Source: Roseibacillus sp.
GTDB taxonomy: Bacteria; Verrucomicrobiota; Verrucomicrobiia; Verrucomicrobiales; Akkermansiaceae
Assembly (NCBI GenBank): GCA_051251855.1
Contig: JBPOGI010000001.1
Location: 992,001 to 1,056,000, forward strand
Length of the DNA: 64,000 nucleotides
Direction of reading: 5' to 3'
Positions 59,463-64,000 of the stretch are shown piece after piece. Each line of letters opens with the position of its first letter. The stretch's first letter is position 1. Position numbers and translations under genes: made by a program. Below the pieces are notes generated by a model. It was given only the letters and a program-made list of their open reading frames with translations, was not told where the DNA came from and made no database searches.

Positions 59463-59556
59463 CGCCCTTTCAGGGCTTGGTTTTCTACTCAATGGCTTAA
59501 CCCGGGGTGCCGCTTCGCTCTACCCCGGGCTTTGTTCTCTCGTCCCGTTGGGACTC
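59463..59556. repeat. Three-hairpin REP-like extragenic palindromic element
   Basis: GCCCT-TTC-AGGGC; CCCGGGGT-13 nt-ACCCCGGG; GTCCC-GTT-GGGAC; between convergent genes. Confidence 0.7.
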
Positions 59557-59561
59557 TGATG

Positions 59562-62500
59562 CTACCTCGAAGGGGTGAGTTGGTTGTGCCAGTGTTCGGC
59601 GATTTCGGTGAGGGCGCTTTTGGAACCTGATTTGGAGAAGGCGCTTTGTTGGAGGTCGGAGATTTCTTTGCTGAGGTCGGCGGCCTTTTCGGTGGGGACG
59701 GATGTCTTGAGCTGTTCGAGCCAGTGGAGGAGGCTGACTTCGGTGAGGTTGGAGGGGATGGCTGGACCGGAGACGATTTGTTCGGTGGGCGCGTTTGATT
59801 TCTTGAAGAAGCGCCAGGCGAAGAAGGCGATTGCCACGAGGATGAGGAGGAGAATCCAGGGCCAGATGCGAGGGCCGGTGGATTCGTTGAGTTGAACAGT
59901 CTCGCCAACAGGGAGAAGATCGACGTCTTGATAGCGCTGACGAAGGATGGCGTCTTCTTCGGCGAGAGAGTCGGTTGCGAGTTCGGTGAGGGCGGGGAAG
60001 GTGAACTCTGAGGGGGAGGAGCCTTTGGGCTTGAGGGTGACGCGGTATTCATGGGTGGACAGGGGGGCTCCGTCGTCGGTTTCGGTGGTGAGTTCTTCCA
60101 CTTGAAGTTCGCGGTCATCGATGCTGACGACTTCGAAGCCTTTGGGGGGCATGGTGACCAGTTTATCCAAGGAGGGAACGAGTCCATTAGCGGAGGTTTT
60201 GACTTCGAGTTGCCATTCTTCTTTTTCGGCGGCGGTGCGCTCGTCCAAGGTCATGGTGAGCTTGAGGTCGCGCACGGGGCGAGGGCCTGCTTCGGCTGCG
60301 ACGACGGAGACGTTTGCGGAGCTGATGGGGAGGACGACATGGCCGGAGGTGTCGAGGAAGTCGAGGTCGATTTTTAAGGGAGGGACGGTGTCGGTTTGGG
60401 GGCCTTTCGCTTTCAGGAGGAAGTAGGCGTAGGGGGTGGTTCGCCAGCCGATACGGGGGGAGGTGCGGGATTCGATTTTGTCGGTGTGGAAAGTGAGGGA
60501 GACCACTTCGAAGTTTTCTTCGAGGGCGGCGCGGGAGGCTTTCTCGAACTTGTCGCGGTAGTCTTCGGTGGGGCGGCCGAAATTATAGGAATAGGAGACG
60601 GTGTTTTGATTTTGGAGGTAGCGTTGGAAGCCGCCAGACTCGCGTTCGATTTCGCGGGTGTGATGAATGTTGATGAAAAGTCCGAAGGGCTCGGTGCCGA
60701 TTTGGGCGGAACCATCTAAAGTGGAGACGAGTTCGATTTCGGTGATCAGATCCTGATAGTAGTCGAAGACGGCTTGCGCGGATTCGATTTCTTCGCGATC
60801 GCCGACGATGCCGATAGCGGCTTCGAGATAGCGGTATTTGAGATCGGGAGAAACGTTGGCGAGTCGGGTGTTGAGGGTGCTAGCGAAGCTCTGGTAGTGA
60901 CGTTCGCGGGTCTTATCGTCGGGAAGAGCGTCGAGAGCAGCTTTGATTTTTGCGAACTCGGAGGAGACCGGCATGTGATGATTCTTGAGGGCTTCTAACA
61001 GAGGAGAGCCGAGGGCGGCATAAAACCAAGTCTCATAGACGGCAGAGGATTCGTCGCTTTCTGTCTCCAAGGGCAAGGATTGGGCGTAGAGCTGAGCGGC
61101 ATCTGCAAAGTCGTCGAGGGCGGTTCTCTTGGTGGTGGAGTGGGTAGATTGCGGCTGTAGGGCGGAGAGGTAGTTGGATTCCTCGTAAGTGAGGGCGGCC
61201 AGTTGGGTGAGGAGTTTGGAAGACTTGGGCTCGTTGCCCCAGGCGTTGGCGGTGACTTCGCGGGCCATTTCGTAGCCGGCGAGAACCTGTTGATGGAGTT
61301 CTTTGTCTTTTCGCTTGGTCTTGAATTGCTCCTGGAGTTTGGGATTGGGCCAGAGGGCGGCCAAGTTGATACGCATCTTTTCGATGAGAGAGGCAATGGT
61401 GTCGCCATCGACGGCTTTGATATCGCCGAAGACGGTTTGGAGGGCTTCGACGCGCCAGACTTCAGCTTGGGAGTGAACGGTGATGAAAGCACTGGCGAAT
61501 TCTTCGTTGAAGTTCTCTTCTAGTTTAAGCTCGCGCACGGAGGTCACCAGTTCAGAGAGTTCGACGAGGTTGCGCTCTTGCTTGGAGCGGGTGAGGGGGA
61601 TGGTTTCGGCGCGGTTGTTGTAGCCGTAAAAGTAGGAATAGGAGGAGCGGTAGCGGCTTTGCTGATTGGGGTTGTGGTTATCGGCCCAAACGTCGATGAG
61701 GTTTCTGACGAGTCCTTCGGCGGTATCGGGCTTGTGGGTGGAGAGCTGCTTGATGAAAGGGAAGGCTTTCTGGTGTTCTTTGACCTTGAGAAAGAGGCGG
61801 GGGATTTTTTCAATAAGCTGTAACTGAACGGTCTCGTCGACGGCGGCGATCCACTTGTCAGAGGGCGCGACTTCGATGATGTCGCCAGCGGGGATGGGGT
61901 TGGGTTGCTCGCGATTGTTGTTTTGAGAGTATTGCCGAGAGCCGTAGTATCTGTTGCCGTAGTTATCATACTGCATTTGGGGGCGCATGGAGTCGGAACG
62001 GTCGAGGCGTTGGGTGAGGTCGGCTTCTTTGAGCCAGTTGAGAGCGTAGATGGTGAAGATTTCTTTCCACTCGGGGAGGTCGATTCCGTCGGTGGCGAGG
62101 AGGGCTTCGGCGGCGCTTTTTTGGAGCTTGGCTTGTTGGAGGCGGAATTGGGAATTGCGAATTTGTCCTGCTTGAGAGGCGAGGGTGCCGACGGCAGCGA
62201 GGATGTCAAAGCCTTCGCCTGCGGGGTCGGAGAAGGTCTTGCGCAGCCAGTCTTGACCGGAGCCTTCTTCGAGTTCGGAGACGAGAGAGAGGGCGCGGTA
62301 AAGCGCTTCGCCGCGTTGGTCCATGGGGGCGTTCTCGGTGGACATGACCTGTAAGGAAAGTTCCCAAGCGAACGGGAGGTGCTCTTTACCTAGGTCCTTC
62401 TGGTGGGCTTCGGCGTGGTAGCGAGCGATAACGTTGAGTTCTTTGACTCGTTCGTATTTCTGCGCTTCTTGAACAGGGGGGAGGAAGTCTGCGGCTTGCT

Positions 62501-63281
62501 CGACTTGTCCCGCGTTGAGAAGAAGAGAAGAGGTGCGGAAGCGTTGCTCGGAATCGCTGGCACCGAAGTAGCGGGTGCCGGTCTTGAGTCGGTTGAAGAA
62601 GCTTTTGGGGGCGTCTTTGGAGAGAAGTTTAGCGAGGGACTCGATAGTGGAGACTTCAGGGTCGACTGGAGATGCGTCGGAGAGTGCGAGGACGTCGTCG
62701 GGGCTGAGGTAGTTGTTTTGGTTGTGGGGCTTGGCTCCCATGACCATGACTTCGGGCCTTGGCTTTACTTGAACGGGTTTGCCGAGCTCGGTGAGGAGGT
62801 GGGTGTAAGTCGTTTTGGCGAGGTCTTCGGGGAGGTCGGCGAGGTATTCGCGGACGGCGGTCCACTCGCCGAGGATGACGTTGCTTTGGAAGGTCTCGGC
62901 TGCTTTTTGATAGTCTTTGCGTAGCTCTTCTTTTTTAAGCGCTTCGGGATCGGGGGGAGGCTGTTTTTCGGCGTTGGGATTGGGTGCTGGTGGCACCTTT
63001 TCTTCTTTGGGGGGCTCGGGGTGGCGGCGTTCGCTTTCTTCCTTGAGGATCCCTGAGGGAGTGCGGTCGAACTTGAGCTTGGCTAAAAACTCCTTGCGAA
63101 AGGCTTCGGGGTCTTTCTGTTTGCTGCCTTGGTTTCCTTGGCTGCTACTTGGTTTCGCCCCTTGGGCCTGAGCCTGTTGGGGGTTGTCGAGATTCATGGG
63201 GATTTCGACGCGTTGACCATTGATGGTGATCTGCGAGAGGACGGGCGTGACGAGGAGAAGGAGAGGAAGGGTGAACTTCAT
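59562..63281 (-). CDS. Large exported protein of unknown function with C-terminal membrane anchor (1239 aa)
   Basis: Signal peptide MKFTLPLLLLVTPVLS, Q/P-rich linker, long helical body, beta-rich region, TM IWPWILLLILVAIAFFAW, short tail. Confidence 0.85.
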   Translation of the reverse strand: MKFTLPLLLLVTPVLSQITINGQRVEIPMNLDNPQQAQAQGAKPSSSQGNQGSKQKDPEAFRKEFLAKLKFDRTPSGILKEESERRHPEPPKEEKVPPAPNPNAEKQPPPDPEALKKEELRKDYQKAAETFQSNVILGEWTAVREYLADLPEDLAKTTYTHLLTELGKPVQVKPRPEVMVMGAKPHNQNNYLSPDDVLALSDASPVDPEVSTIESLAKLLSKDAPKSFFNRLKTGTRYFGASDSEQRFRTSSLLLNAGQVEQAADFLPPVQEAQKYERVKELNVIARYHAEAHQKDLGKEHLPFAWELSLQVMSTENAPMDQRGEALYRALSLVSELEEGSGQDWLRKTFSDPAGEGFDILAAVGTLASQAGQIRNSQFRLQQAKLQKSAAEALLATDGIDLPEWKEIFTIYALNWLKEADLTQRLDRSDSMRPQMQYDNYGNRYYGSRQYSQNNNREQPNPIPAGDIIEVAPSDKWIAAVDETVQLQLIEKIPRLFLKVKEHQKAFPFIKQLSTHKPDTAEGLVRNLIDVWADNHNPNQQSRYRSSYSYFYGYNNRAETIPLTRSKQERNLVELSELVTSVRELKLEENFNEEFASAFITVHSQAEVWRVEALQTVFGDIKAVDGDTIASLIEKMRINLAALWPNPKLQEQFKTKRKDKELHQQVLAGYEMAREVTANAWGNEPKSSKLLTQLAALTYEESNYLSALQPQSTHSTTKRTALDDFADAAQLYAQSLPLETESDESSAVYETWFYAALGSPLLEALKNHHMPVSSEFAKIKAALDALPDDKTRERHYQSFASTLNTRLANVSPDLKYRYLEAAIGIVGDREEIESAQAVFDYYQDLITEIELVSTLDGSAQIGTEPFGLFINIHHTREIERESGGFQRYLQNQNTVSYSYNFGRPTEDYRDKFEKASRAALEENFEVVSLTFHTDKIESRTSPRIGWRTTPYAYFLLKAKGPQTDTVPPLKIDLDFLDTSGHVVLPISSANVSVVAAEAGPRPVRDLKLTMTLDERTAAEKEEWQLEVKTSANGLVPSLDKLVTMPPKGFEVVSIDDRELQVEELTTETDDGAPLSTHEYRVTLKPKGSSPSEFTFPALTELATDSLAEEDAILRQRYQDVDLLPVGETVQLNESTGPRIWPWILLLILVAIAFFAWRFFKKSNAPTEQIVSGPAIPSNLTEVSLLHWLEQLKTSVPTEKAADLSKEISDLQQSAFSKSGSKSALTEIAEHWHNQLTPSR

Positions 63282-63322
63282 ACGTTGAGGTAGGAGAATG
63301 TTGTGTTGGAAAAGAGACGTTT

Positions 63323-64000
63323 TTAGCTGCCAGAGCCATCGGGTGGAGGACCGCTGCCTGCTCCGCGAGCGTCTTCGGTTCCTGGCTTTTTACCGGACTT
63401 TCCTGCTTTCGGGCGACCGCCCGAGGAGCAGCCTTGTCATTGGCTGGGGATGGGAAGGCCGTAGAGTTCGGCGGGGTCGATACGTGCGAGGCGGATGGTG
63501 GCTTCGAGGTCGTCGGCGGAGGTCTTGGCGAGTTCGGGATCGGCGGCGGTTTGGGCGAGGAGCTTGTATTCTTGGCGAGCGGCTTCGATTTCGGGCTCCC
63601 ACTCGGAATCGGGGAGGCCTTCGAGCTTCATGAGGTAAGTCATGTAGTACCGCGCATTGGCGAGGGCAGCCCGGGTTTCGTCACGAAGCTGCGGGTCGGC
63701 GTTGGGGTCTTGGTCGAGGACGAGCATGAGTTCAGCGAGTTCTTCGCGGGCTTCGGGGAGCTTCTTGTTGAGCATTTTCGCTTTCGCGATTTCGAGCTCT
63801 ATGCGACGGGCAGTGGTGACCTCTTCTTTGGGAAGTTTGCCCATGGCGGCTTCCCAGCACTTAATGGCTTGAGAGTAGTCCTCGTCGGCAAGAGCGGCTT
63901 CGGCTTTGTTGATGGACCCTTGAGCCTCGTCGAGGTCGAGATGGCTTTGTCCGGGGCCGAAATGCCATGCGGCAAATGCGAGCGGGATGAGGAGCCAGAG
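63323..64000 (-). CDS. TPR-like membrane/secreted protein, 5' end outside window; candidate selenoprotein with in-frame TGA at 63437-63439 (ends at 63437 if not recoded)
   Basis: Frame open from the window edge (LWLLIPLAFAAWHFGPGQ...DYSQAIKCWEAAMG...) to ...LYGLPIPSQ-TGA-QGCSSGGRPKAGKSGKKPGTEDARGAGSGPPPDGSGS-TAA(63325-63323). Confidence 0.75.
63403..63436 (-). promoter_or_regulatory. Candidate bacterial SECIS element
   Basis: UGA-CAAGG-CUGC-UCC-UCGGGC-GGUC-GCCCGA-AA-GCAG: perfect 6-bp upper stem, GGUC loop at +19..+22, 4-bp lower stem. Confidence 0.7.

Noticed and set aside
63145..63872. Small ORFs 63145..63339, 63298..63633, 63390..63602 and 63657..63872
   Set aside because: Out-of-frame or antisense shadows of the two real minus-strand genes with biased composition; the UGA read-through frame explains the region better

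Overview
Gene-dense bacterial chromosomal window; gene repertoire and protein style suggest a verrucomicrobium/PVC organism (inference). Mostly housekeeping: tag, ilvN/ilvB, recR, Skp/OmpH, proS, CtpA, 7TM-HD + ybeY, two SulP transporters, USP, POT transporter, OMF, an aspartic protease/7TM-transglutaminase-like/ATP-grasp trio, PI-PLC, sdhCAB, sulfatase, purEK, pncB-nadE-Nudix, BASS transporter and mutL. It also holds a ~15 kb gene for a ~4980-aa multidomain surface protein. No rRNA, tRNA, CRISPR array or transposase was seen. The strongest unexplained signal is at the right edge. A TPR-like membrane/secreted protein appears to stop at TGA (63437-63439), but the frame stays open for 37 more codons, giving a U-x-x-C motif. 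A hairpin follows whose GGUC loop sits at +19..+22 after the UGA, the same offset as in the E. coli fdhF SECIS. This is a candidate selenoprotein directly upstream of a 1239-aa membrane-anchored protein of unknown function. Other signals: an NrtR-type operator inside the pncB promoter, an RBS-sequestering hairpin before SulP, a structured orphan RNA candidate after recR, a GspG-like insert in the POT transporter, degenerate MutL endonuclease motifs, two REP-like palindromes, probable leaderless promoters and a strong G>C skew over the last ~16 kb.
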